The notes beneath the pieces are model-generated. The model saw nothing but the letters and a program-made list of their open reading frames with translations, did no database searches and was not told where the DNA came from. A program made the translations under genes and the position numbers. Positions 10,028-18,842 of a stretch of DNA of 64,000 nucleotides are shown here, piece after piece (position 1 is the first letter of the stretch; every line of letters begins with the position of its first letter). Source of the stretch: a virus (taxonomy: Duplodnaviria; Caudoviricetes); the IMG/VR virus record IMGVR_UViG_3300046522_000316, positions 192,001 through 256,000 of that record; one strand, given 5' to 3'.

Positions 10028-10030
10028 ATT

Positions 10031-10528
10031 GTGGAATTTCTCATAAAGAGTATCGAGAAAGTCATTGAAGTTCCGCTCGACGATGCGGTCGGATACTTCT
10101 TCTGCACCCTTTGCGGTGTGCTGATTAGCTGGATCTACAAATGCCGTCGTGAAGGCATTAAAATGGGCAGCTATTGGCTGGAAAACATCGGGGCTTCCCT
10201 CGGTGTGATCGGTGGTGCAATCGCTGTGTTTCTGTTGACCATTATCAGTGAGCCGGGCGTAGGGAAAATAACCTATCTGGCAATCGGTATGGCCGCAGAT
10301 TCCATGCTGAATAAACCGCCGCTGCCGATGGCTGTACGGGTAGCGATGGAAAAGATTGAGGCCGCACAAAATGAATTGGGTAATTCTCCTTCTATTATTG
10401 TTCCTCCCGGCCTGCTCAAGCCAGACACCGCAAGTGCCGCCGTCGAACATGCAACTGAAAAAGTTGGAAAAAATTACGTTGCAGGCGTCACTACCGGAAA
10501 GGCCGACGCCCCTAGCGATCCAGTCTGA
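10031..10528 (+). CDS. Holin-like multi-pass membrane protein
   Basis: Two to three hydrophobic segments; next to the lipoprotein and peptidase genes. Confidence 0.45.
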   Translation: MEFLIKSIEKVIEVPLDDAVGYFFCTLCGVLISWIYKCRREGIKMGSYWLENIGASLGVIGGAIAVFLLTIISEPGVGKITYLAIGMAADSMLNKPPLPMAVRVAMEKIEAAQNELGNSPSIIVPPGLLKPDTASAAVEHATEKVGKNYVAGVTTGKADAPSDPV

Positions 10529-10817
10529 CGGCAAGGAATACGCGGGCTTCACGTTAACGCAATTGGATCAGTTGAGCGATTACGCAAAACAATCCAAGAA
10601 AAACACCGATGGCCTAAACCTTCTGGCCGGTGCGCATAACCAGACAATTGAACAATATAATTTGATGGTAGATATTGCGAAACAGCAGGAGGCCCGCGCC
10701 AACGAGAACTACGCTCGCTACGTGCAGGAATTTGACGACCACCAAAACGATAAGCGCTGGTGGTCTGTTGAGAAGATTTTTTGGCAGGCGATAGCAATTA
10801 TCGGCCTAGCACTTTAA
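10371..10817 (+). CDS. Lipoprotein, possible spanin
   Basis: gagg RBS; MNWVILLLLLFLPAC lipobox-like; helical body; hydrophobic C-terminal segment. Confidence 0.55.
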   Translation: MNWVILLLLLFLPACSSQTPQVPPSNMQLKKLEKITLQASLPERPTPLAIQSDGKEYAGFTLTQLDQLSDYAKQSKKNTDGLNLLAGAHNQTIEQYNLMVDIAKQQEARANENYARYVQEFDDHQNDKRWWSVEKIFWQAIAIIGLAL

Positions 10818-10830
10818 ACCGGGGACGATT

Positions 10831-11274
10831 ATGCGTATCAGCGAAAACTACACCGACCTTGATGTTGGCTTCGATCTTGTAGCGGTAAAAAACAGGATCA
10901 ACAACACGCCGCCCGTTGAGGCGCTGCGTGCTGCTGAAAAGGTTGCGGAAAATATTCTTGAACCACTGCGACTTGAATTCGATTTTCGAATCGTGAGTTG
11001 GTACAGGAGTCCGGTGCTGGAACGTGAGTATTGCAAGGCCAGTTATTACGATTGGTTGCGTGCGAATGGCCTGCCGTTCAACGAAACGAATTGGGTCAAA
11101 TATCTCAACGAAAAACAGCACGTGTTGGGCGTTGCCGTGTCGCTGATTTCCAACGATGCACAAGCGATCTTCGACTACCTGCAAAACCAAACGTTTGACC
11201 TGCTGCAAATGCGCGACGGTTACATTCACGTTTCGTATGTAGAAAATGCCAACCGCAAAATGGTTCTGGCCTAA
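10831..11274 (+). CDS. Peptidase M15A-like protein (endolysin-like)
   Basis: NNTPP...ILEPLR...IVSWYRS...QHVLGVAVS...GYIHVSY follows the M15_3 pattern. Confidence 0.75.
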   Translation: MRISENYTDLDVGFDLVAVKNRINNTPPVEALRAAEKVAENILEPLRLEFDFRIVSWYRSPVLEREYCKASYYDWLRANGLPFNETNWVKYLNEKQHVLGVAVSLISNDAQAIFDYLQNQTFDLLQMRDGYIHVSYVENANRKMVLA

Positions 11275-11302
11275 TAAAACTTCCCACATAAGAGGAATCA
11301 CA

Positions 11303-11737
11303 ATGTTTGAAATGATCGTTCCAAAACGCACGATGTTTTTCATGGGGCCGCAACGCTCGGGTAAAACTTGTGCAATGCAGCAACTGGTGAAAATGAGCGC
11401 TGAACTGCGCCAACGTATCCTGTTGGTGGGCGAGCCGAACAACCTGCATGCGTTCATGTCGGACGCTGACCTGTACCAGTCCGGGGCGCACATCGACCAC
11501 CTGCCCATGGTGGCCCGTGAGGCGACCGCGCAGCACCTCCGCGCATCGGACTATGACCTTGTGGCGTTCGTCGGTTCTACGGTGTTTGTAGAGCCGGGTA
11601 AGGTGCTTATGTACGGCGAGCCACCGGCTGGCATCGTGGCGTTCTTCGGGCGCCTGTGTGAGCCTACCGCCATGCTGCCGCGTGTGTTCTTTGAGACGCA
11701 TTACAACGGCCACGACCGCGACGTTGCAGTCGGTTAA
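11303..11737 (+). CDS. Small P-loop NTPase-fold protein
   Basis: agagga RBS; Walker A GPQRSGKT near the N-terminus. Confidence 0.6.
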   Translation: MFEMIVPKRTMFFMGPQRSGKTCAMQQLVKMSAELRQRILLVGEPNNLHAFMSDADLYQSGAHIDHLPMVAREATAQHLRASDYDLVAFVGSTVFVEPGKVLMYGEPPAGIVAFFGRLCEPTAMLPRVFFETHYNGHDRDVAVG

Positions 11738-11745
11738 TTTGAAGC

Positions 11746-11786
11746 AAAAAAAGCCCCGAATCCAATTAAGGAAACGGGGCTTTTTT
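11746..11786. terminator. Bidirectional intrinsic terminator between the convergent blocks
   Basis: aaaaaaagccccg...cggggctttttt. Confidence 0.85.
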
Positions 11787-11798
11787 CGTTTCAGGACA

Positions 11799-12374
11799 CT
11801 AGATCCACTTTTCGCGCAGCATGTTGAAAAGCGTTACGGTCGTGAGGTTGTGCGTCTGCATGTACGTCTTCAGCTTGTCGGTATTGAAACCGGTTTGCTG
11901 TACCAGATCCGCGACGATGGAAATGTTGTTGTTCTGCAAATCCAAATAAAACATCGCGTCGATCTTTTCGCTGGTGCCTTCGCCGGGCAACATGAACTGC
12001 TGCTGTTTGGTCAGTGGCGACATAATCACGCCACGATGAATTGCCTTGAGCAAAGTCATGTAGAAGCGATCAAGTTTTCCGAACATCATGTGGTCGATGT
12101 CGGAATAGAAATACGACGGATAAAAATCCACCGGTTCCAGCGCGTCGATTTTCTTGATGTACGGGGCGATACGAACTTCCGGCAACACGTGGCCGTAATA
12201 TTCCACGTCACCACTTTTGCCATCCTGCCCAACATGAATGCGGGCGAATGGTTCACCGACGCATGCGTGCGTGTAGCGTGGCGATCCGTCTTCCGTGTGG
12301 CTTGGGTACAGCTGAAGCACACCGTCAACTTTCAGCAATCGGTTCAATTGCTCTTTAGATAAAATCAAGGCCAC
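11799..12374 (-). CDS. Hypothetical protein
   Basis: ORF track; last gene of the minus-strand array. Confidence 0.6.
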   Translation of the reverse strand: MALILSKEQLNRLLKVDGVLQLYPSHTEDGSPRYTHACVGEPFARIHVGQDGKSGDVEYYGHVLPEVRIAPYIKKIDALEPVDFYPSYFYSDIDHMMFGKLDRFYMTLLKAIHRGVIMSPLTKQQQFMLPGEGTSEKIDAMFYLDLQNNNISIVADLVQQTGFNTDKLKTYMQTHNLTTVTLFNMLREKWI

Positions 12375-12675
12375 TTTTTGACACCTCCTTGGGTTTCATT
12401 TTCTTGATAATGCGCCGCTTGCGCAATTCTTTCAGAACGGCGTCCCGCGTAGGCATCACGATTTCGATCAGCATGTAATCCTGCATTTTGTCAGGAACAT
12501 AAATCGAAGTCATAGCGCCTTCACGCCGTGTGTATTTCACACCAGATTCCGACATGGTTTCCGATGCGATAACCGTGAAAGGTTCGTCAACCAAATCGTC
12601 TTCCTTCGACACAACCCAGTAATGTTTGCCGGGCAGGCCTTCACGCGGAAATAACAGATTTAATTTCTGGCTCAT
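12355..12675 (-). CDS. Hypothetical protein
   Basis: ATG12675 overlaps the upstream stop; gagg RBS. Confidence 0.6.
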   Translation of the reverse strand: MSQKLNLLFPREGLPGKHYWVVSKEDDLVDEPFTVIASETMSESGVKYTRREGAMTSIYVPDKMQDYMLIEIVMPTRDAVLKELRKRRIIKKMKPKEVSKSGLDFI

Positions 12676-12926
12676 ACGGGCCTCAGTTGGAATTTCTCCA
12701 CGTCCATCCACAGCCAGCCTTCGGTGCCACTTTCTTCGAACTTTGCAGTCTTTCCGAAGTGTGCAACAACCGCCCGCAGAACCTCTTCGTTTTCCACACG
12801 CACGGCCCGGCGTTCGTAGGCGTTATGATTCAGCTGTTCCCAAATCATTCCGACTTCCATGCCGTGCGAAAAAGCAGGGTCTTGGTTTGGAAACGGGATA
12901 ATGCATTTAAATTCCGATTCGCTCAT
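12672..12926 (-). CDS. Small hypothetical protein, paralog of 12923-13183
   Basis: Shared G(M/F)E(V/L)GM(I/V)W motif. Confidence 0.65.
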   Translation of the reverse strand: MSESEFKCIIPFPNQDPAFSHGMEVGMIWEQLNHNAYERRAVRVENEEVLRAVVAHFGKTAKFEESGTEGWLWMDVEKFQLRPV

Positions 12927-13183
12927 ACCAGCCTCAAGCCGATTTTCTCGGCGCTGACAACCACCAACGGAACTCCGCAATTGTCCTGATCGTCGTATTC
13001 CGCGAATGCCGGACGGTATCCGAATTTCTTCACAGCCTTTTCGTAAACATCGCGATAACCATCACGAACAATCCACGGGCCTTGACCACCGCCAAGCATG
13101 TCACACCAGACCATGCCGAGTTCGAAACCAATGCGCATTTCCAGCGACATATCTTCGAGTTGACCAAACGGATCTTCCATCAC
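12923..13183 (-). CDS. Small hypothetical protein, paralog of 12672-12926
   Basis: GFELGMVW motif; ATGA coupling. Confidence 0.65.
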   Translation of the reverse strand: MMEDPFGQLEDMSLEMRIGFELGMVWCDMLGGGQGPWIVRDGYRDVYEKAVKKFGYRPAFAEYDDQDNCGVPLVVVSAEKIGLRLV

Positions 13184-13833
13184 TTTCTCCGCTTTTTCAT
13201 TTTGCCCGCTTGGGCCTTGGCTTGTTCGCTTGCGCGTTGGGCCAGACGATCATGCAACTGCGCTTGCAGTTCGACAACGTTCCACGGCGGATTGAAAGGT
13301 TCGGGTTCTTCGCCTTCGCCTAATTCGGGATCGTTCCAGCCGTGATCCGGACAATCCAGCGGATCGCGATATTCACCGGGCAGCGAATACGCGTAGCCTT
13401 CACGTGTCAGGAATGCATCTTTTTCCCGGTCGAAATAAACGACGCGTTCCGCAATCTGCATTTCGAAAAGTTCACGGTAGAAAATATCACCGTGATCGAA
13501 AACCATGAACGGACGCAGGCCTTCGAGAAATGCGAACAGGGATTCAATCGACGTGTAGCGACTCGACGAATATGTCAGCAATTCCCACACGCCGTTTTCA
13601 TCTTGTTTCAGGCTGCGCGAATTCCAGTGAGAAAAAGAACTGCTGGAACCGTGCATTAGGCCCCACGCCCCGACAACACCAGACGCGCTCAGGCCAATTA
13701 GTTCGCCACCGTGGCACGGCGGTTTACTTCCGTCTTTTGGCTTGTCGCACAGCATACGCAACCAATCCAAAATGTTTTGTGGAGTGTTCGCGTTTAAACG
13801 TAACCGAACAGCATGGGCCGTGTAGTGTCCCAT
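13180..13833 (-). CDS. Hypothetical phage protein
   Basis: MGHYT...LNANTP.....WL N-terminus seen in large-phage early genes. Confidence 0.65.
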   Translation of the reverse strand: MGHYTAHAVRLRLNANTPQNILDWLRMLCDKPKDGSKPPCHGGELIGLSASGVVGAWGLMHGSSSSFSHWNSRSLKQDENGVWELLTYSSSRYTSIESLFAFLEGLRPFMVFDHGDIFYRELFEMQIAERVVYFDREKDAFLTREGYAYSLPGEYRDPLDCPDHGWNDPELGEGEEPEPFNPPWNVVELQAQLHDRLAQRASEQAKAQAGKMKKRRK

Positions 13834-13834
13834 A

Positions 13835-14626
13835 TCAGTCGTCGCTCAAGGTTGTCATCAGCGCTTTGAATGCGCGGAATTTGCCGAGTGCTTTGGTTTC
13901 GTGATCGCGCAGTTCTTCGACTTCCAGCGCCACCATCGACATGCGTTCGCGTAGAGCGTTCATGCGTGCGCCGAATTCGTTGTTGAGGGTTTCCATTTCC
14001 TGCGACAATTCGTTGAGTGCTTCGAGTGCGATATCAGCAGCAGTCGGTGCATTGTCGGCGGCGGTTTTGGCGATGGCATTCATTTCAACGGTTTCCTTAA
14101 CAACAATTGGTTCGGGTTCTGGTTTGATTTGTGCTGCATTCTGCGTAGATTTTTCTGCGATTGCTTTTTCCACGGATTCCACACTCACCGGACGGCCCAT
14201 CGCGGAGTCACGCAGAATACTCATGGATTCATCGCTGATTCCGGCAATGCTTTCTGCAATTTCCAAAACGGGCTTCGGTGGAACGTAGGGCACTGCGATT
14301 TTACGCAAAGCTTTCGCGTCCATGAAATCGCCAAGCTTCGGCGGCGTCACGATATCGGAAACAGCTTCACGCAGTTCGCGAATTTTCACAGGCTCACGCT
14401 GGAAAGCATCGCGCTTCACTTCTTTGATCAGGCCGCGATCTTTCAGACCGCCAAGCGCGGCGCGTACCCGCTTGTGTTCGGCGCCAGATTTCCCCGCCGT
14501 TTGCATTTGGCGGTTGATTTGTTCTGCTGACCAGACTTCTTGTATCGGTACAAATTCGAACAGCTTCGCTTCGAGGCTGTTGCATCCTGCCAATAACTGC
14601 TGCTGCCTTGCTTCAGAAATCGCCAT
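13835..14626 (-). CDS. Winged-helix-like DNA-binding protein with C-terminal coiled coil
   Basis: VPIQEVWSAEQI...VRAALGGLKDRGLIKE; start moved to MAISEARQ. Confidence 0.55.
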   Translation of the reverse strand: MAISEARQQQLLAGCNSLEAKLFEFVPIQEVWSAEQINRQMQTAGKSGAEHKRVRAALGGLKDRGLIKEVKRDAFQREPVKIRELREAVSDIVTPPKLGDFMDAKALRKIAVPYVPPKPVLEIAESIAGISDESMSILRDSAMGRPVSVESVEKAIAEKSTQNAAQIKPEPEPIVVKETVEMNAIAKTAADNAPTAADIALEALNELSQEMETLNNEFGARMNALRERMSMVALEVEELRDHETKALGKFRAFKALMTTLSDD

Positions 14627-14630
14627 ACTT

Positions 14631-15305
14631 TTATTCGTCTTCTGTCCGGTTGTAGGTCGGTAGCCACTCACATTCGTTTAGTGGTACATCCATGATGAAC
14701 GCGTAGAAAGCACGCGAAGGGGGAACGCCCAAACGGATATATTCGATCAACCCGCCCGGCCATTTCCAGCCCTTGTACTTGTATTCACAGTTTCCGCGAT
14801 TCTCGCCCGTGATGCGGCAAATGCTGAAACCGCGATAGCGCGCTACTTCCGCTACGTCTTCAATGTCGGCCAATTTGTTGATGAAAAGTTGAATATCAAA
14901 TTCCGGAATGTGCCAGATGTACGGCCACGGCAATTCGGCATCTTGGCGGTCGATGAAATTCGCAACGTGGTGGCCGGGGCCTACGTGTTCGACCATCTTT
15001 TCACGGGTGCGCCAATAGCCCTCAACGTGGAACGGGAACGTCCGGAAACCGTGGCCGTTGTCACGCTGGTAATTCAAAAAGCCTTCCTGATATTGGCTAG
15101 GCACAGGCAGCTTTGGCGGTTCAGCTTTCACGAATTTATAACCGGCGTGTTCTTCGGAACTGAACACGAATTCATCGTCGATTCCGATGTAGGTGAAAAC
15201 ACCGTTGACCGCGACGTTGATGATTTCGATATCGCCGTTAGGCAGATAAACCCAGTACAGGCCCTTATCTTTAATTTCCCACCAATCCAAAACTTTCATT
15301 GTCAC
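14631..15305 (-). CDS. Hypothetical protein (W-x-E...G-x-Y-W family, copy 1)
   Basis: DWWEIKDKGLYWV. Confidence 0.65.
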   Translation of the reverse strand: MTMKVLDWWEIKDKGLYWVYLPNGDIEIINVAVNGVFTYIGIDDEFVFSSEEHAGYKFVKAEPPKLPVPSQYQEGFLNYQRDNGHGFRTFPFHVEGYWRTREKMVEHVGPGHHVANFIDRQDAELPWPYIWHIPEFDIQLFINKLADIEDVAEVARYRGFSICRITGENRGNCEYKYKGWKWPGGLIEYIRLGVPPSRAFYAFIMDVPLNECEWLPTYNRTEDE

Positions 15306-15592
15306 TACCCTGAAAAATATTCGAGTTCTTTCGGAAGCTGCGGCGGCAAATCAATCGCCACAAACACGTGCGTATTTTCGCGGAAACGCCAATGCACCGA
15401 GTCGTTCATTTGAATGCACAGATACGTCGGATCTTCTCCTTTACGGAAAGACGTACTCTTCACACGAACTTCGATAATGTTCCGATCATCCGGATCAGCC
15501 CGGCAAATCATCCAGTACGAAACGCCAACCTCAAGCTGGCGCCAGTCCGTGATAAATTTCGTGAGCAAACGACCTTCGTAGGGTTCGCTCAT
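15305..15592 (-). CDS. Hypothetical protein (same family, copy 2)
   Basis: DWRQLEVGVSYWM. Confidence 0.6.
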   Translation of the reverse strand: MSEPYEGRLLTKFITDWRQLEVGVSYWMICRADPDDRNIIEVRVKSTSFRKGEDPTYLCIQMNDSVHWRFRENTHVFVAIDLPPQLPKELEYFSG

Positions 15593-16152
15593 GCCTTGGC
15601 CTGCTTGGACGCAGCGCTCAGAATTTTGCGCTCGATGATATTGCGGAAATCGGCAGTGTCAGAATCGTGATAACGGATGCCAACCCACTGAAAACTCCAA
15701 CCGCCATTTCCAGCCAGACGGATAATCAACGCGCCTTCACCGGCCAAGCCCGTATAGATTTCCAGCATGCAATTCACGTGGCGCCCACCGATCAAAGGGA
15801 AGCCCGGAACGGGAGTGTTTTCTTGCGCAGGAATTTTCAACATGATGCCGGGGCTTTCCAGAATGCCGGAAGCTTCGAGAACATCGGTCAACATTTTGCT
15901 GTGTACTTCAGCGTCGAAAACTTCTGGCTCGACTTTGAGTTGCGGCCACAGGAAATCAGGCACCGCAACCTTCACGAAGAAATATTCGTCTTGGAAATTG
16001 TTGTGTACCAAATCTTCCCACACTTCGGCACCGATAACGCCGAGGGTGCCACCGTCGTACTCGACCACGGAATAAATCTGCGTATCGCTTTTGAGGACTT
16101 TCCAGTACAGACCGTTTTCGATCAGTTCGTGCCACTCAAGATACTTAGCCAT
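15589..16152 (-). CDS. Hypothetical protein (same family, copy 3)
   Basis: EWHELIENGLYWK; TAATG coupling to the upstream gene. Confidence 0.65.
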   Translation of the reverse strand: MAKYLEWHELIENGLYWKVLKSDTQIYSVVEYDGGTLGVIGAEVWEDLVHNNFQDEYFFVKVAVPDFLWPQLKVEPEVFDAEVHSKMLTDVLEASGILESPGIMLKIPAQENTPVPGFPLIGGRHVNCMLEIYTGLAGEGALIIRLAGNGGWSFQWVGIRYHDSDTADFRNIIERKILSAASKQAKA

Positions 16153-16481
16153 TAATCTGCCCTCATGATCATTCGTCGGACTGTCTGCGCGTGGCATTGT
16201 TTGGGCCAGCAATGGCAAGTCAGTCTCAGGTTTTCGCCGCGCAAATATCTGGTGCGCAATTCCATAATCCGCTTCCAATATTTTCCTTTCTTCTGCATAC
16301 GTCTTTCTGCGTAGGCATCATAAAGCGCACAGCTTTTCTTTCGTGAGCCGGTTTCGCTAATCGGGTATTTGTTCCCGAATATCGTTTTGCGATCCACGCG
16401 CACATCACTGTAACCGGGTTTAGGCGGATCGTTGACCCGCCCCACAATCACGGTGCCTGTTGAACCAAACAAACCCGCCAT
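16152..16481 (-). CDS. DUF4326 family protein
   Basis: VRVDRKTIFGNKY...LRGENLRLTCHCWPKQCHA matches the DUF4326 R..FGNP...L.C.C.P..CH pattern. Confidence 0.8.
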   Translation of the reverse strand: MAGLFGSTGTVIVGRVNDPPKPGYSDVRVDRKTIFGNKYPISETGSRKKSCALYDAYAERRMQKKGKYWKRIMELRTRYLRGENLRLTCHCWPKQCHAQTVRRMIMRAD

Positions 16482-17084
16482 TTATTCCTCGGATTTGCAG
16501 ACTTCATTCCGCTCGACACGCCGCAAAGATTCCGCCAGCATTTTTGCCATCGGGTGCGCTTTGCAACCGGGGCCGTAGGACACGTCAAACGAATCGTTGT
16601 CCAGATCGACGGTGACGGCCAGCTTCGGAAGTTCCGGATGGCGAATGGTGAAGAACGCTTTTTCTTCCGTGTCCTGCATCATATGCACATCGGAAAATTC
16701 CAGCTTCTGGATATCGGCAATCAGTGCAGCCTTCCACTTTTCCAGATGCGTAATCAGCGGATTGGATTCGGTCGGAATTACTTCACGAAAAGCGCGAACT
16801 GCTTCGTCACGCAGGTAGCCGTAGTCGCCATTTTTCGGCACCACGAAATAATTGCCGTCGAGGTCGATCATCAGGTTAATGCGCAGAGTGCCCGACCACT
16901 TTTGCACATAACCGCGAACCGTGGTGCCGATGCATTTCTTCCCTTCGTGACTACTCCACCACGTAGGGCCGTTGGCTTCCCACGTAACGGCGCGGCCACC
17001 TTCTGCGGTATCGACCGGCAGTTTTTTCGAAGCGGCTTTGCACCATTTGCGCAGACGATCTTTCAGCAGATTGTTATCCATCAC
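16482..17084 (-). CDS. Hypothetical protein
   Basis: ORF track; coupled starts and stops. Confidence 0.65.
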   Translation of the reverse strand: MMDNNLLKDRLRKWCKAASKKLPVDTAEGGRAVTWEANGPTWWSSHEGKKCIGTTVRGYVQKWSGTLRINLMIDLDGNYFVVPKNGDYGYLRDEAVRAFREVIPTESNPLITHLEKWKAALIADIQKLEFSDVHMMQDTEEKAFFTIRHPELPKLAVTVDLDNDSFDVSYGPGCKAHPMAKMLAESLRRVERNEVCKSEE

Positions 17085-17803
17085 ACAACCTCAAATTCGA
17101 TGAAAGTATATTCCTGACGTTGGGTCAGGCGGTCGTAAACTTCGTTGTCGGGCATGCCGGAACCGGTCGGGTCATCGTGGTACATAACTTCAGGAAGGAT
17201 CGTGAATTTACGCACGGAAACGCCTGCAATTTCATGCCGCAAAATATCTGCGAGCGCATTACGATTTCCACGGCCCCAGTGGATCTTCCACTTGTTATCA
17301 ACTTCACGGCATTCGACAGGATGAATTCCCGGCTCTACCTTGGCGTCGTTCAAATACCACAGACGCTTTGTGCGATTGTTGATAATCGGATCGCCGCATT
17401 CTTCGGTGGTGATGTACACCAGTTCGATATCTATTCCCGGTGCGTAACCGACGTAGCCCGGTTTCTGGTCACGGGCTTGAGGCACGAAATTCATTTTAAA
17501 CTTCGTGCGTTCTTCGAATTCTTTGAGCGCTTTATCGGCCTGTTCCTGATAGATCGGCCAATCAACGTTAACGCGTTCGTGTGCCTGTTGAATCCGGCGG
17601 AACGAGTCCGCCAGATTCTCACCGGTAGGCTGAATTACTCCAGCCCCCGGATAGCACAGAAAAACATCCGCGCCGCCCAAGAATAGTTTATTGATACCAA
17701 CCGAAAGACGGTCATTACTGATATCAAAATTCAGCGCGTTTTCCTGAACGCATTTAGCGCCCAAAAGATTTTCAACTGCTGAAACAAATTCTCGGAATTC
17801 CAT
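17081..17803 (-). CDS. Hypothetical protein
   Basis: ORF track. Confidence 0.65.
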   Translation of the reverse strand: MEFREFVSAVENLLGAKCVQENALNFDISNDRLSVGINKLFLGGADVFLCYPGAGVIQPTGENLADSFRRIQQAHERVNVDWPIYQEQADKALKEFEERTKFKMNFVPQARDQKPGYVGYAPGIDIELVYITTEECGDPIINNRTKRLWYLNDAKVEPGIHPVECREVDNKWKIHWGRGNRNALADILRHEIAGVSVRKFTILPEVMYHDDPTGSGMPDNEVYDRLTQRQEYTFIEFEVV

Positions 17804-17809
17804 TTGCGA

Positions 17810-18769
17810 TTACCCGCGATTGGTTGGCGTGAATTTCATTTTGCCAAGCGGCAATTTTTCGAAGGTGCCAGTGGTGTGCAGAATGCCTGCGCCGAGGCGC
17901 CACATAGCTTGCGGGAAACCTTCGATTTTTTGCATGATTGGTGCGGTTTCGATTTCAGCAGGATTGGTGATGGTCACATACTCACCATCACGCCACATTT
18001 TGAAACCTTCGTGCGTAACGCGCAGCAAACAAACGTCAGGGAAATCCTTCAGCACGATATCGCAGAACGGGAAATCATACTGATACGACGGACGCTCCTG
18101 TACTTGATGGCGGAACGAACGAACCGGAACGAGGTTCAAATAATCTTGAACAATGTCCGAGGCGCCGCGATGCCAAACCTTCGAAACACCAGCAGCTTTT
18201 TCGATGGTTTTGATGTAATTTTCACCATGTTCAAAATCGACCATGTTGATAATGTCATCACGCTTGGCGGGGCCGGAACGGTAGTTGATCCGGAACTCCC
18301 ATTTTTTCGTGTCACGGGTAATAACGATGCGACCGCCCGCGCCATACGCCTTGTACGAGTAGTACGGACGTTTGTCGTTTGGCTCGGCTTCCTTGAAACC
18401 GTTTTGCGCGCCGATGGTTTCGGCAAGCCGATTCAGGAACTCATGAGTTTCAATCGAGATTCCCGGTTCGTCAGGTTTCAGCTGGGCTTGATGCAGACGA
18501 TGGGAAACACTCAAAAGCATTTCCTTGTCGTAGTCGTGCCCGGCAGGAATGTTGCAGTTGACAGTCAATTGGCCATCGGAATCAATGCTGATTTCCAACG
18601 GGAAATATTCGCCAGTGCAGCGGTTGTAGATATCGTATACAACGCCCTCGGAAATCGGACTGTTAGCTCCACCACTTGCAATGCGGGCGAAGGTCTTTTT
18701 CGAGAGCGGCAAACCAGCAGGGAAAGCTTGGTTTACCATTGCACGTAATTGGTCATGCAAAGTTTGCAT
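17810..18769 (-). CDS. Hypothetical protein
   Basis: aaagga RBS; 319 aa. Confidence 0.7.
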   Translation of the reverse strand: MQTLHDQLRAMVNQAFPAGLPLSKKTFARIASGGANSPISEGVVYDIYNRCTGEYFPLEISIDSDGQLTVNCNIPAGHDYDKEMLLSVSHRLHQAQLKPDEPGISIETHEFLNRLAETIGAQNGFKEAEPNDKRPYYSYKAYGAGGRIVITRDTKKWEFRINYRSGPAKRDDIINMVDFEHGENYIKTIEKAAGVSKVWHRGASDIVQDYLNLVPVRSFRHQVQERPSYQYDFPFCDIVLKDFPDVCLLRVTHEGFKMWRDGEYVTITNPAEIETAPIMQKIEGFPQAMWRLGAGILHTTGTFEKLPLGKMKFTPTNRG

Positions 18770-18823
18770 CGTGTATTTCCTTTAGGTTGGTGTTGCGGTT
18801 GGTACAGCGTTGGTGTTGCCCTT

Positions 18824-18839
18824 TATATTTACAGTTTTT
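18824..18839 (-). promoter_or_regulatory. Recurring AAAAACTGTAAATATA motif (putative phage promoter)
   Basis: Intergenic and oriented with transcription; repeated at 20701, 31555, 38649, 52494, 54412. Confidence 0.6.
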
Positions 18840-18842
18840 AAA

